From NCBI RefSeq assembly GCF_963921235.1, contig NC_086108.1, forward strand, positions 47,432,001-47,496,000: a stretch of 64,000 bases of DNA, written 5' to 3'. Below are positions 13,131 through 26,760 of this stretch, piece by piece. The stretch's first letter is position 1. The number at the start of each line of letters is the position of its first letter. The translations under genes and the position numbers were made by a program. The stretch is from Mobula hypostoma (taxonomy: Eukaryota). A model generated the notes under the pieces. It worked only from the letters and a program-made list of their open reading frames with translations, searched no databases and was not told where the DNA came from.

Positions 13131-13982
13131 GACGATCTCTGATTTGACGATGACTCCGTCACTCATGGAGGGGCTGCAGCATTGTTGCTTTCTGAAGGGC
13201 AAATTTCTCCGTTGTAACTGCTTCTGTGTAAACATTTTGTCTTTTCATCCTCACCTCGTTACATTTTTTTTCCAGTCCAAATTGCACTTACTACTTGCAC
13301 CAGAAATCTGAAGTCACGGCAATGTTACTTATGGGCGTTCCTAACGCCTAAACGGGACATATACATAATGTGTTTTCTCCAGACGGTGCACTTTCTAACC
13401 ATGCCTAATCTGGAGTACCAGCCAGCGGCATCTTTGAGGTACTAAAGGGCTCACTGAACTTTTAAACACTTGGGCTGAAAGAAAGTATAGCGACTTTTTT
13501 TCAAAATAGAATGTAGACTTCGCACAGTTCGATAGAGCACTCATTAAAATGAAATACTTTATTGATTTGTCGGACCACCCTGACAAGACATCGAAGAACA
13601 GGTTGAAGTAAATTTTTAAAATGTTGATGGCAGATGAAGCTTATGGTGAGATTAAACAAATGACAGGAAGAAAGATAGAGTTTCTTGCATTCATTCAACA
13701 AATAGTTTATTAGATTGGCGAATTAGACCTGTTGTTGACTCAAGACATTGGATGAGGCAATTTAAAAATGGTGTACTGTTTTCTTCTGAATGGGAGGCGA
13801 ATCAAAGGAGAACTTTGTCCTCATTTCAAACATAAACATATCATTTCAATATTTTGTCTTTGGGCGTCAGTGTTAATCCACGTTCTGCTGAGGTGTGAGG
13901 GTGTAGGGTCCCACATTTATTTGTTGGATTGGGTGATCTCATCAAAGTTGCATCTGTCTTTAGGAGTGTTGAAATAGGAAAG

Positions 13983-13991
13983 ACACACACA

Positions 13992-14045
<54 letters not shown>
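13983..14045. repeat. (AC)n microsatellite
   Basis: About 31 AC units with one AT interruption. Confidence 0.95.
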
Positions 14046-14047
<2 letters not shown>

Positions 14048-15034
14048 GCTGTGATTCTTGTTGCTAATCCCCCCACTGTAAAGCAAATGTTCATGGACTG
14101 CAACTGGGGATAGAAGTGAATCTTACCTGTTATCATTTTATCTGTTAGGGAAATGACCTTAACTGTTTTATAGCTGACACGTCAGTTGTGTTGAAATTAT
14201 AATTGACCATTGGCAGAAGGTGATCAAAATTAAAGAAGTTTTATTGCTGATGACCATTTGTCTAGTTTGTGAACTGAAGGGAATACTCTATCCATCTAGC
14301 AGATACCAGTGTATGAGATGAGCAATATAAAATCAGCTTTTAGTTCTGATTAATGCAGTATGTACTGAGCTATTAACTGGCAAGGTGAAAGAGCAGCAGG
14401 CAACTCCAGAGCTAAAGCATTCGTTAACATTCACCCTTGTAGAACCTTTATACCTTTACACTTGAAAAACAATTGCTTCCAGAAGGTGGCTGATGATTGT
14501 TGCTGCCCTTTAGATCACTTTCTGCCATTAATTATCAGCAGCAATAATTAGTAATGTTCAGAAAGCAGATCCAGTGAGAAACTTTGGAAGATTAACTTGC
14601 TTTTTAATGTCTATAATATTGCAAAAAGCTGTTATTCCCTGAGTGTTAAAGGCAGACGAGCTTGCTGAAACTCTGCCTGATGTATTTCACCAGGCTGCAA
14701 TTGCTTGCATTTAACTGGACAGGACCAGACTATACTTGAGTGTTTCTTTTAGTCATTTGACACAAGTATAAAGCCGTTGAAATTTTTATCATAAGATTCA
14801 ACATGGCGGCTCTAGGCAGGGGTGACGTTTATTGAAGTTTAATGGGTAGATTCAGAAAATGCTTGAAGTTCATTTGAAGATAAAACTGAATTCAAGGTAA
14901 CAAAAGTAAACTTGGGGTTTGTACTGAGAAAGGGTTCCTGATCCAGAGTGATCAAGGCATAGAACTGATTTCAAAGTGTTATGGTAGCAGGTGAAGTGAC
15001 ACTGATCAGTAGCAAAGGAGCAGTTGGATCCTTT

Positions 15035-15466
15035 ACAAGAGAAATTCTACAGATGCTGGAAATCCAAGCAACACACACAAAATGCTGGAGGAACTCAGCA
15101 GGCCCGGCAGCATCTATGGAAAAGAGAACAGTCGATGTTTCGGGCCAAGACTCTTCATCAGGACTGAAGAAAAGAAAGATGGGAAGTTAGAGCAAGAAGG
15201 TCGCCTGGTGCTCCTCCACCTTCCCTTTCCTCCATGGCCTTCCCTCTTCTCCAGCCCTTTATCTGTTTCACCATCAGCCTTACCCCTCCCTCTGCCCCGG
15301 TTTCACCAGTTGCCTTCTACCTTGTACTTCTTCCTCCCCTCCCCCCAACTTCTTACTCTGACCTCCTCCTTCTCTTCCATTCCTGATGAAGGGTCTCAGC
15401 CCGAAACGTCCTCTCTTCCATAGATGCTGTCTGGCCTGCTGAGTTCCTCCAGCATTTTGTGTGTGT
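15035..15466. mobile_element. Non-coding Penelope-like element with inverted termini and two partly degenerate hammerhead motifs
   Basis: Minus-strand terminus with tail (15035-15170) and plus-strand terminus (to 15466). Hammerhead-like cores at 15129-15166 (-) and 15383-15410 (+). Confidence 0.8.
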
Positions 15467-17479
15467 TAATTGGATGCTCGATCCTCTTAACTCTCTTTTT
15501 TGCTCTGTTTCAAATATTATCTACATTTTGATGTAAAAGATGCAGAAGTCTTTTCATCACCTGCTTACTGCATTCAATCTTCTTGCTACTTTTCATTGCT
15601 ACCCTTGACTGGAGGAAGTAATCTGGAAATCATTTATTATTAAAAATGGCAATTTGGTGAGGTGGTGGGAGAAATATTTAGTGTCTTTTGGATACATGGG
15701 CCAGTTGTCCTTCCCATCTATAATTATCATATGATCCTGTAATCATAGCAACACCAATGTGCAGTCTTATTTTCTTTATAAGCAACTTGTTATTTTAATC
15801 TGTATGCATGTTAGGGGACAGGGTGGGACTGTTAGTCTCTGAGGCTTGACTCTTGCTTTCTGTTCTGGGATCCGCGTTCCAATTCTGCCCTGGTGAATCA
15901 ATAGGAAGCTCATTCTTCTTGTCTATTGGCTTTTGTGAAATAAGTATGAGCACCTTCAATCCAAACCACAAGATCTGATTGCTTTCAGTCAGCTGATGCT
16001 AAGCTGACTGTTCCAAGTGTCTCAACCCAAAGTGATGACTGTCCATAGTTGCTGAGATCCTCCAGCTTTTTGTGTGTTAAATCATATTTCCAGCATCTGC
16101 AGTCTCTGAAAGCTTTTCCTCTCAGTTACTGGCATGGATATTACCAATGATCTACGTGTATAAGGAAGACTTTCTTTCTGTAAGCTGTGGTGAAAATAGA
16201 CGAGCAAGTCTGAGAGGTCCTTTTGTTGTATTTGATAATTCAGTGTGCAGAAAGTGGGAGATGTTCCTTTGCACACTGCCACAAGGAGCAGCTGTACTTC
16301 TGCGTGTACACAATAAGTAGAAATGAGACTGGGAGGTAATGTATCTGGAATTACAGTAATATTGACTCCTGTTAATAGTGCTGTGTTCCCTTAACCTGTC
16401 AGTCACTTTAGATTACAGTTCTGACCTATAGTCAGAAAAAAGGGCCTTTAGCAGATTAAGGCTCTAAGGGAATTGTTCAGATAGTGAATAAAGAACTTAA
16501 CAAAACTTGACAAAAATCCACTCCACTATGAATATGCATAATCCTGATTATTGCTTCAGTAATGCCATCAGTGCCTCTGGCTGCTGTGTTTTGGAATTTC
16601 CTCTTTGGATATTTCTATCTCATTTCTCAACATGTTGCTCAAAATACACATATTTGACTAAGTTTTGAGTCATCTGTTTTTGTAATTCTTTTCGTGGCCA
16701 GGTGTGAAATTTTATTTGAAAGCAGTCCTGCGAAATATTGACCTGATCAGATATAAAAAGTGAAACCTTAACCAATCATGTTACGTCCGAGCCAAACCTG
16801 ACTTGCTCCAAGTACAGTAATCTCAAACTTGCAGAGCAAGGGAACTGCTTTGCCAGAGTGTCAAGTACTTGCATTTCTGACATATCCTGAACACTATTAA
16901 CAGCTTGTCAGTTCTTGTTATTATATACCAAGGCTGACCAGTGTATCCTGAGCTGAATGTGAATGTGTGATCAGACCATAATACCCTGTACCCATCATAT
17001 AATTTGGTTAAGATTCATTTGAAAAGGCATTGTGTGATTTGAAGTCATTGAAACATTTTCCTTTGTTAAAGATATGCAAATACAGTTATTTTTGGGCATG
17101 AGTCTCCACAAATTTTGCTTATTTGATTTTTTTGTGTCGTGATCTTTACAGTCAGAGGTAAGTATGCAACATGATCATAGCTAACTGGCTATAAAAAGTG
17201 TTAAGTTACTACATGAAGTACAAGATAGCAACATTGCAACTGTAGCTGCTGTATATTCGTTAGTCGGTTTAAATTGTAAAGTTAGAGCAATTTTGTAGAA
17301 CATCTTGGAGCTATGGGACTTTACACCACAGGGCTGATTTTTCAGTGTGGCAGCATTGCAATTATTGAGATTAGTATTGGTGCATTTAAATTCTGTGCAC
17401 CCTCTGAGGGGATTGGGAGGGGCCTGGTCAGGTAAGTGAATGGTTAAGCAGTATCACTGACTTAAGTTAAATTTTGACT

Positions 17480-18270
17480 GTCATTCAATCATAGACATCA
17501 ATACAGCCAAACAAAACCGTGTTCCTCCGGGGCGAAGGTGCAAAACGCAGTACCGATAGTCACAAACAGCACAAGGTACATATAGTACATATAATTATGA
17601 TAGCGGTACAGCATACAGTCACAAAAAAATAATCTAGCCCAGGTCCCTGAGTGTCATGGCCTGTAGCTTGATGGTGCATGGGATTTTGTCCTGAACCTGT
17701 GTTTCTGTAAGAGCAAGCATGGAGCAGTCCTCATCACGTGCTTGCAGATGAACGCAGTCCGGCTTGCCTTCCCCCGAGCAAACACTGGAGGGCAGCACCA
17801 GTGGGAGGGGCCAACCCACCAACCTATAGGAAAGGCAGCTGCGAAACACCGCCTCCAGCGTCTCCTTCCCTGAGCAGCTGCAGCAGGCGATTCCGCGGCA
17901 TGATGGCCTGAATTGCACAGCAACTGAGAGGCTACGCAGCTCCCCCGGCGATGGTCTCGCCAGTGTACCAGACTTGCGGTGTCCTACATTACCAATACCC
18001 AACAGAGTCTTGCAGTCTCAAGAGAAACATCCAAGACAATCATTCGCACCGCTTGTTGGACCACAAACTGCCTCTGTACACATCTGACGCAATGTAGCAG
18101 GCAGCTCCACCAGTATTCAGCAACTTGCTGGTGGGTTAGACCTGCAGTGATTGATGTTCTTAATATCCAGCAATGTCTTGTAATCATAAAAAAAGATGCA
18201 AAGGACAAACAATTATACCTTTGTTTGGACCCAGGGAGGCTGCTGCAAACAAGGGCGCTGCCTTCTTACT
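17480..18270 (-). mobile_element. Non-autonomous retroelement-like repeat, family uncertain; related copy at ~26790-27600
   Basis: Shared terminal block with ~26790-26890 (CAAACAAAACCGTGTTCCTCCGGGGCGAAGGTGCAAA vs CAAACGAGACAGCGTTACCACGGGGTCAGTGTGCAAA). Degraded endonuclease-like peptide LALTETQVQD. Confidence 0.4.
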
Positions 18271-20227
18271 GAAAACCACTTAGTGCTTTGGGCTATACTT
18301 GGCTGAACTTGCATCTGGTGCTCCTGTAACTACCAGAGGCGGGTCACAGACTTTAGAGGCGACAGGACAGTATAACTTACTGTGGAGTTAGCATCATACA
18401 CAAAATAACACACTTGTAGCCTGGCAGAGTGAAGGTTTTAGTTGTTCAGCTGGTAAGCAATTTATTGAGGGCGGTACCTGAATCTGCATCAGCATATTTT
18501 TAATGATTTAAATACCAAACAACAGTATACCATTGTGCCTTTCCAGAAAATAGCACATGCAAGTTATGCTCCAACGTAAGGGTTAGTTGGATGCCCATCA
18601 ATGCACCAATATTGAACGTCCAGAATAAGTGCATCTTAGAAGAGGAAAAAACTTTATAAGATTCTGTTCTTGCACTATGGCAGTATTGTTGGTTACCTTA
18701 AGTTTGTACTAATTGTGATTTTCCAAATATGTAAACTAACTAGGAAAGGTCTTTTAACATGAGTGAAATGACTCCAGGGTTTTTGTGGGTTTTCTTTTTA
18801 TCTACCAATATAGAAAGTGTAATTTCTAAATGGCATCATTTATTATTTAATTGATTATGCTGTATGTGGCATGGCTGAATCCCAGAAAGCCCTCTGTGCA
18901 CAAAGGGAATTCACTGAGGAGTCAGTGGGGAAGATTTCTGCATTCATTAATCATTGTGAGATGCCAGAATAAAGATCGTGGGTGTCGAATTTTACCTCAA
19001 AAGCCATTTAGATTTGCACAGTGTTCTCTTGCTTCTGCCAGCTGTACTGATTAGTTTCTGATTTGAAGAATCATTTTGGAGCTTGCCCTCCTAATTTGTC
19101 TACTGGAATGGAAAGTTGCATATTTGGATAATTTTGTGTTTTAAGTTTGAAGGTTACATTTTAAACTTCTGTTTGTGGTGATGTGCCATTTCAAGTCAGA
19201 ACCAGTGGGTTCAAGGCACGCTTCAAATATCAGCGTGAAGTTTTGGCTGATATTTCAGCGGTGTGATGAGGGAGTGCTGTATTTCTGGTTGTGCAGCCCA
19301 TGTGTGGGTTATCTTCCAAAAGCCCTGTGTGCCAGTTTAGGAGGAAATCCAATGTTCCAAGTAGAGCAGGTTTTGATATCATAGTCATAGTTGTACAGCA
19401 TGTCCATGCTGACTCAAATGCCTCTCCCATTTCCCAGCACTTGGCCCAGTGCCTGCTGTGCCTTGGTGATTCAGTCTTCATCCAGGTGCTTCTTAAATGT
19501 TGTGATGAGTGAGTACTTGTCTCCATCCCCTTCCCAGTGGTTTCCAGTGTAAGTCCCTCCCAGACAATCTCCCTCTGAAACCTAATTGGCTGTTAGAGCA
19601 TTTGCAACAGATGTGAAGTTACAATAGCAGTTAAAGTTAATGCTTTCCTGCTTTGTTTACATTATTCATTTGTTTGTAATTGGTGCACCTTCAACTTAAA
19701 TGACTAAAAGGGGGATAACTTCACTTACCCCATCATTGAACTGTGCACACAACCTCTGGACTTATTTTCAAGGACTCTTCATCTCATGTTCTTGATATTT
19801 ATTGCTTATTTATTTATTTTTCTTTTTGTATTTGTACAGTTTGTCTCTTGCATACAGATTGAACACCCAGTTGATGTGGCCTTTCATAGATTCTACGGTG
19901 GTTATTGGATTTGTTAGACTTGCTGTGCTCAGGGTTGTATAAGATGACGTACAAGTACATTGAAAATAAATTTACTTTGAATTTTGAAAAAGCACTCTTG
20001 CCTTGTCCCTTGTAGATGACTGCCATCAGAATTTGGAGTTTTAACCGTCATCTTTCCTGAGACTGCATATATTCTGGTGGTTTGGTAGTTTTTCAAATTA
20101 ACCTCATTTGACATGCTCTCAGCAGCTAGTGCAGGTGGAGACTCTGTACTGACCTTTGTTACCTAATGTTTACTGCAAAAAAGAACTCAAAATCAAAAAA
20201 AGGATCTAGTGTTTTCCCGGCGTATAT

Positions 20228-20320
20228 GACGAATAAACTCTTCTCGGACTTCCATCTGGGTACAGGTAATCGATTTTAACTGATGTTTCGATGATGAACT
20301 CTGCCATCTTCGTCAAGGAT
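20228..20320 (-). mobile_element. Terminal fragment of a second Penelope-like family with a decayed hammerhead motif
   Basis: Minus strand reads tTGACGA-A-GATG...CATC-GAAAC-aTC: same core, different base-paired stem II. Confidence 0.5.
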
Positions 20321-20857
20321 CTCAAAATTATTTAAGGGTATTAAAAGGCAAGGTAGCTTCTTAAGCACAGGGAATTGGGAAATGTAGGACTCATTCTTCA
20401 GGGGCTGTCCTACTGTTTGGATAATATTTACTATTTCTTCCTTCTTCCATACCACGTGAGATCTGTCACACATTGGACAAAGAAAATATTCTGGATATTA
20501 TATGTCAATGCAACATGGTAATAATATATCCTTGCTGTGCTGAATTTTATATGATAAATAATGTGGAGCCAAGAGGACTTGCACAGGAGGCTAACGACAG
20601 TTTGACATAGAAATGTCTTTTTTATGCTGTTCTATGATCGGGCTTTGTCATTTTTCTTGTTCAATTCACTTGTATAAAAAAATTTTTGTATCACCATGTG
20701 TCTTTCCAGGGAGCCATCTGCCATGTGGTCTTGCTACGTCAGTCTTAATGCATTTTCATTTATGCTGCTGCTGAGCCACCAGTAAACAGTTTTATGAATT
20801 TCCTTATTCCCTCTCCCAGTTATTTTTCTTGCTGTGTACCACTACTTTCTAATCCCT

Positions 20858-21580
20858 TCATAGAACATAGAAATCTACAGCATGTTACGAGCCCTTCAGC
20901 CCACAATGTTGTGCTGACCATGTAACCTACTCTAGAGATTGCCTGGTATTTCCCTAGCACCTAGCCCTCTAGTTTTCTAAGCTCCATGTACCTATCTAAG
21001 AGGCTCTTAAAAGACCATATTGTGTCTGCTTCCACCGCCGGCATTGCATTCTATGCACCCACCACTCTCTGTGTGGGAAAACTTACCCCTGACATCGCCT
21101 TGGTACCTATTTCCAAGCACCTTAAAACTGTACCCCTCATGTTAGCCATTCCAGCCTGGGGAAAAGTCCTCTGGCTATCCATATGATCAATGCCCCTCAT
21201 CATCCGGTACACTTCTATCAATTCACCTCATCCTCCTTTGCTCCAAGGAGAAAAGTCCAAGTTCACACAATCTATTCTCGCAAGGTACACCCTCCAATCC
21301 AGGCAATATCGTTGTAAATCTCCTCTGCACTCTCTCTATAGTATCCACGTCCTTCCTGTAGTGAGGTGACCAGAACTGAGCACAGTACTCCAAGCTGGGT
21401 CTGACTAAGGTCTTGTATAACTGTAACATTACCTCACGGCTCTGGAACACAATCTCACGGTAGATGAAGGCCAACACACCATACGCCTTAACAACACTGT
21501 CAACCTGCGCAGCAGCTTTGAGTGTCCTATGGACATAGACCCCAAGATCTCTCGGATCCTCCACACTGCCAAGATCCCAG
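20858..21580 (-). mobile_element. CR1 LINE 3' fragment
   Basis: ORF 21223-21564 DLGVYVH...LYKTLVRPSLEYCAQFWSPHYRKDVDTIERVQRRFT. (TTCTATG) tail at ~20860. Confidence 0.9.
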
Positions 21581-22514
21581 GCTTTGCTGACCTTGATGGG
21601 GTCTGCTGTTCTTCTCTATATGAAGTTGTCGGCCTTTAAGCTTTTTAGTGGTGGATAGTGTCACACATTGTGACGCGAGATAACAGAGATTTAGTTGTGC
21701 ACAAATTTCAAATGAGTGCTCAGCAACGATCACAGTATAAAAATGCAGCAGTGATGCTGATTAGAACCACCCTAGCAGGTGAAAAATAAGATTTAAGCAA
21801 AGGAGGAAGGAGAGGAGCACTGAAAGTGAAACTGGTCGAATGATAATGTCAGAGAATAACATAAGGGTAATCAGATACAATTTAGGGAATTTCAATAGTT
21901 GTGTTTGGGAAATGTATAAAGCAATGGCTAAAAAGTCACTATCAAAGCAATGACTTAAAAGCAAAGATTACAAGTAAGGAGCTGCTGCACCTAAACAAGG
22001 GGTAGGGAATTAATAGTTCCTCATCTTGGGAAAAAGTCTTTTTCTCTTGAGCAATTCCTTTGAACAGAATAGGTACAATTATTTTAAAGCATCCCAGTCA
22101 GGACAGATTAAACTCAAAGAATTCAAATGAGGCAACTTCATGTCTGATCTATTTATGCAACATCATTACTGGAAAACAAAGTATGAGCTCATCATGGAAA
22201 GTCTAAATTATTTCATGGTGTTTCACTAATAATGTCAAGGCATTGCACAGATTATCCGGAGTATAAGAGGTGATGTATTTGCTGCCAAGCAGTGGATACT
22301 CTCCAGAGCAAGAATTCCCAAACTTTTTATGCCATGGCCCAAAGCAATTAAACAGGGGGTCCGTGGACCTGAGTTTGGGAACCTATGCTGTCGAGTGAGA
22401 ATTTGGCTGCTGGCTGCCAGTGCTGTGCATTTTTGTTTTGATGTCCTGTGTAACCCTTTAACAACATTGTACATGTGTTTCTGGTTGCATAACATTGTAC
22501 AGCCACCTCAGAAT

Positions 22515-23190
22515 CCGAATCTGGCTTATTATCACTGACCTATGTCGTGAAATTTGTTGGTGTGTGTGCGAGGAGAGCAAAAATAGTGAGGTGTTCATGC
22601 GTTCATTGTCCACTCAGAAATCTGATGGCAGAGGGGAATAAGCTGTTGCCAAAACGTTGAGCGTGTCTTCAGGCTGGTATACCTCCTCTCAAATGGCAGT
22701 AAGAAGAGGGCATGTCCTGAGTGGTGAGTGATCCTCAATGATGGATGCCACCATTTTGAGGCATTGCCTTTTGAAGATGTCTTGGATAATGAGGAGGCTG
22801 GTGCCCATGATGGAGCTGGCTGTGTCTGCAGCTTTTTCCAATCCTGTGCATTGACCTCTCCACCCAGCCAACTGCTTGGAATGCTCTCCATGGTACGTCT
22901 GTAGAAAGTTGCTAGAGTCTTTAGTGACATACCAAATCTCCTCAAATTCCTAATGAAGTAGAGCCGCTGTTGTACTTCCTTTGTAATTGTGTCAATGTGT
23001 TGAGTCCAGGATAGACCTAGGAGATGTTACCACCCAGGAACTTGAAACTGCTCATCCATTCTACTGTTGATCCCTCAGTGAGGACTTGTGTGTGTTTGCT
23101 CAACTTCCCCTTCCTGAAGACCACAATCAATTTCCTGGTCATACTGACATTGAGTGCTGGTTTGTTGTTGCAACATCACTCAACCAGCCT
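22515..23190 (-). mobile_element. Rex1/Babar-type LINE 3' fragment
   Basis: LYFIRNLRRFGMSLKTLATFYR..., similar to the 6504-7418 and 28430-30325 copies. Confidence 0.8.
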
Positions 23191-23606
23191 ACCAGTTTGA
23201 GGTCAAGATAACCGTAAGCCGTAGTTAGCTTGGCAACTGAATTGCACCATTATGAAATTCAGATAAAGTGGAGATTTGACTATAAAATTATGCAAATCGC
23301 TTGTTAGATCATTCCCAAATTTACACATTTGAATCAATACTGAAAGCTCTGTTCAACAGCTGAACATTTTTTTTACTTTTAGAAGAGAATTGCCTTTCTT
23401 CTTAGTTTTTCCTAATTTTTGAAAATGGTCTCTTTCAAAACTTCAAGTTTTAGAAGCAGCTAGTTACCGTCTTTGCTGTAGCCAAAATTGAGACTTTTCT
23501 TCAGCCTAGTTTAGCAGAGATTTTGAGCTGTATTTTATTAAATGTTGACAACTCTGAAAAGAATGGCTGACATTTACTTACAGTTAAGTCAGGGTCCAAC
23601 TTAGTA

Positions 23607-24521
23607 CAGTCGGCCCTCCTTATCCGCGAGTTCAGCATGCGCGAATTCAACCAGCCACGAATCGAGAAAACCCGGAAGTGCTCTTCCAGCACTTGTTGTT
23701 CGAACATGTACAGTCTTTTTTTTTCTTGTCATTATTTCCTAAACGATGCAGTATAACAACTATTTTTCAGAGCATTTACATTGTATTAGGTATTATAAGT
23801 AATCGAGAGATGATTTAAAGTATACAGGAGGATATGCATAGGTTGTCGTCGATCGGGATCGGAAAAAAACTGGAAGTTCTCTTACTAAGTAAGTCGGAAC
23901 AGGTACATCCGGTATTATTTAGCGTCAGTTAGGCAAACGTTTGTCTTAGTATATAGTATATATTTTACCCTTCTATGCATATAAAACAGTTAAGAAAGGT
24001 ATGTTCCAGCGCTGGGCTTGGGAACAGAAATTCCCGAGTTCGATCCAATGACATACCGCTCCCGAGCGCACTCTCCATTCCTGCCGGGTTGATGTGGATG
24101 ATCAAAACCCCAAAACCCAATAATTAAACCACTGCATTGCTTAGTAATAATTGTAGCTTTCATTGGGGCAGGGCCTTTCTCACTTTATCCTTTAAAATTG
24201 TTCGGATCGTTGACCGAATGTAGTCTAACACTTTTCCAATGACCGATGGTGTTTCATCTCTTTCCGATCGCTTTATTATTTTCACTTTATTTTAAATCAT
24301 GATCGTGATTATTTCCGTGAACAGAAACACTGTGGATTCAGAGCTCCGCTGCCGGGTCCTAATGTCCACCACACTGAACAGGTTAATAATGTCCGGGGTT
24401 CCGCTGGGTCCTAAGGTCCACCGTATTTAGACAAGTTGAATAAGGGACTTGAGCATCCGCGTTTTTTGGTATCCGTGCGGGGTCCCGGAACCAATCCCTT
24501 GCAGATAAGGAGGACCGACTG
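23607..24521. mobile_element. Tc1/mariner pogo/Tigger-type non-autonomous DNA transposon (MER2-like)
   Basis: TIRs CAGTCGGCCCTCCTTATCCGCGAG / CTTGCAGATAAGGAGGACCGACTG, TA target duplication at 23605-6 and 24522-3. No transposase ORF. Confidence 0.88.
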
Positions 24522-24822
24522 TATATGAAGTCAAACACTAAGCCCAAGGTAGAGTTCCATTTTGCGAGGGAATTGTCTCTTAAACTTCATATCTGGATTA
24601 AAAAACTTGAGAAATCCAGCTCATTCATCCTGTATGCCTGCTCTACCATTCCATGTGATCATGGCAAATCCTTTACTTCATTGACACTTACCTTTGCTAA
24701 TCTTTATTCTATTAAAATCTGTTTCGTATGCATCAACAATCCATTTGAGTTTTAAAGCTACTCAAAATTCTAGGTGAAGACCACCTTATCCCTGTCCTCA
24801 GTAAATGACCCTTTGAAATTCA

Positions 24823-25153
24823 CTAGAGTCTTTAGTGACATATCAAATCTCCTCAAATTCCTAATGAAGTAGAGCCGCTGTTGTACTTCCTTTGTAATTG
24901 TGTCAATGTGTTGAGTCCAGGATAGACCTAGGAGATGTTGCCACCCAGGAACTTGAAACTGCTCATCCATTCTACTGTTGATCCCTCAGTGAGGACTTGT
25001 GTGTGTTTGCTCAACTTCCCCTTCCTGAAGACCACAATCAATTCCCTGGTCATACTGACGCTGAGTGCTGGTTTGTTGTTGCAACATCACTCAGCCAGCC
25101 TACCAGTTTGAGGTCCAGATAACCATAAGCCTAGTTAGTTTGGCAACTGAATT
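24823..25153. repeat. ~331-bp local direct duplication of 22912-23243 (about 10 differences)
   Basis: Near-identical copy covering the Rex1 fragment plus ~55 bp of its flanking sequence. Confidence 0.9.
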
Positions 25154-25489
25154 TCGGGATGGTCCATGGAAAACTATGATGAACTATGTGAATAACAAAG
25201 GGATGAGCTTTGTAAAAAGGGCTGGTCTGCTGCTAACTACATTCCTGAACATGCTCTGGATGGTTGATCTTAGACTGGTGCTAGCTACCATTTCAGCTTG
25301 TTTGTTTGAGATTACACTTGTAGTTCTAGGTGTGTGTATTATAGAATAATTTTGAATTTAGTTGTTAACCACTAAACTTTAAAGCTGAACCACCTAAATT
25401 GAATTTTAAGTACATGTTGTGCACATTTAATTCCTGGTTCCTCTTGCACCATGCTTGTTTCCTGAGCAGGGGTGTAACACCCCACATAA

Positions 25490-26760
25490 AAGGGTGCAGG
25501 GGCGAACCCAGTAATCACCAACTAGTGATTTCGTTGTCCATGGTAGGGAAAGTTGAAGAAGCCTTAATCAGAGACAGAATTAGCAAACATTTGGATGAGT
25601 GTAGATTGATTAGGAAATGCCAGCGTGGATATTTTAAGGAAAAATTGTGGTGAATAAACATGATAAAACTTTGAAGTAACTGTGAGAGTTGTGGTTGTTG
25701 TGATGTACTTGGACTTATGAAAATCTTTTGATGGGTTGTTTCAAATAGGTTTCTCTGAAAGACATGAAATAAGAGGACATGGCAGCATGGATAGAAAATT
25801 GGCTACTTCACAGAAGTTCCCTTTTTGCTGAGACAAAGGAAATGTACAACAGAATCCCCAAGTAGTTACTACCTGGATTATTGAAATCTATCAAATATTC
25901 AAAAGCCTAGATAGAGTGGATGTGGAGAGGATTTTTCCAATACTGGGAGAGTAACACCAGAGGGCACAGCCTCAGAATAGAAGGACATCCCTTTAGAACA
26001 GAGATTAGGAAGAATCTGTTCAACCAGAGGCTGGTGACCCTGTGGAGGAGGTTGTGGAAACAAAGTCATTGGGAATATTTAGATTGGAGGTTACTAGGTT
26101 CTTGATTAGTAAAGGCCTCAAAGTTTATAGGGAGAGGCAGGAGAATGGGATTGCGAGGGATAATAAATGAACCATGATCAAGTGACAGAGCAGACTCATT
26201 TGGCTGGGTGGCCTAATTCTACTCCTATGTCTTAGTCGAAAGCGTTTTTTAATGCACGTAGCAGAGTTTCTAAATTTGCTGAGAACTGAGGTGCTGTGAA
26301 CTCCTTGTAATGGACTTCCAAAAGATATGGACAGTCTGGTGGAACGTGGCAGATGAAATCTAATGTTGAGAAATGTAAAATGTTCCATTTTGGTGAGAAG
26401 ATTGAAAGGTAGTTTATTCTGTGCAGTGCAATTCTTACTGGTTTCAAGGGGGTATATGTGCACCAGTAAAAGTGGTAGGGCATTTTGAGAAAGTGATCAA
26501 GATGGCATAGAGGGTCCCGGACTTCCGAAAGAGAGGCACAGAGTGCAAGAGCAAGGAAGTTATAAACTTTACGAAAAAAAATCATTTGGAGTACTGCATT
26601 TTATCCAAATCTGAATGCTGCACACAAAAGCCTTAAAAAGGGTGAAAACAAAATTTGATAAAGTGATTCCAGTTGTGAGGTACTTCAGTTCTGTAGATGG
26701 ATTGGAGAAGAATAAGTTATTTCTCTCAGATCTACTCTACTCCACAGAAGCCTTTAAATC
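25490..26760 (+). mobile_element. Old CR1 LINE fragments
   Basis: Decayed RT peptides (ISLSMVGKVEEALIRDRISKHLDECRLIRKCQRG; TRGHSLRIEGHPFRTEIRKNLFNQRLV) and a CR1 3'UTR ending CCTAATTCTACTCCTATGTCTT. Confidence 0.75.

Noticed and set aside
15986..16010. 9-bp-stem hairpin CAGTCAGCT-N7-AGCTGACTG
   Set aside because: Short enough to arise by chance in 64 kb.
22912..25153. Direct repeats resembling LTRs around a 1.6-kb interior
   Set aside because: No TG...CA ends, PBS, PPT or TSD. The first copy is contiguous with a longer Rex1 fragment.
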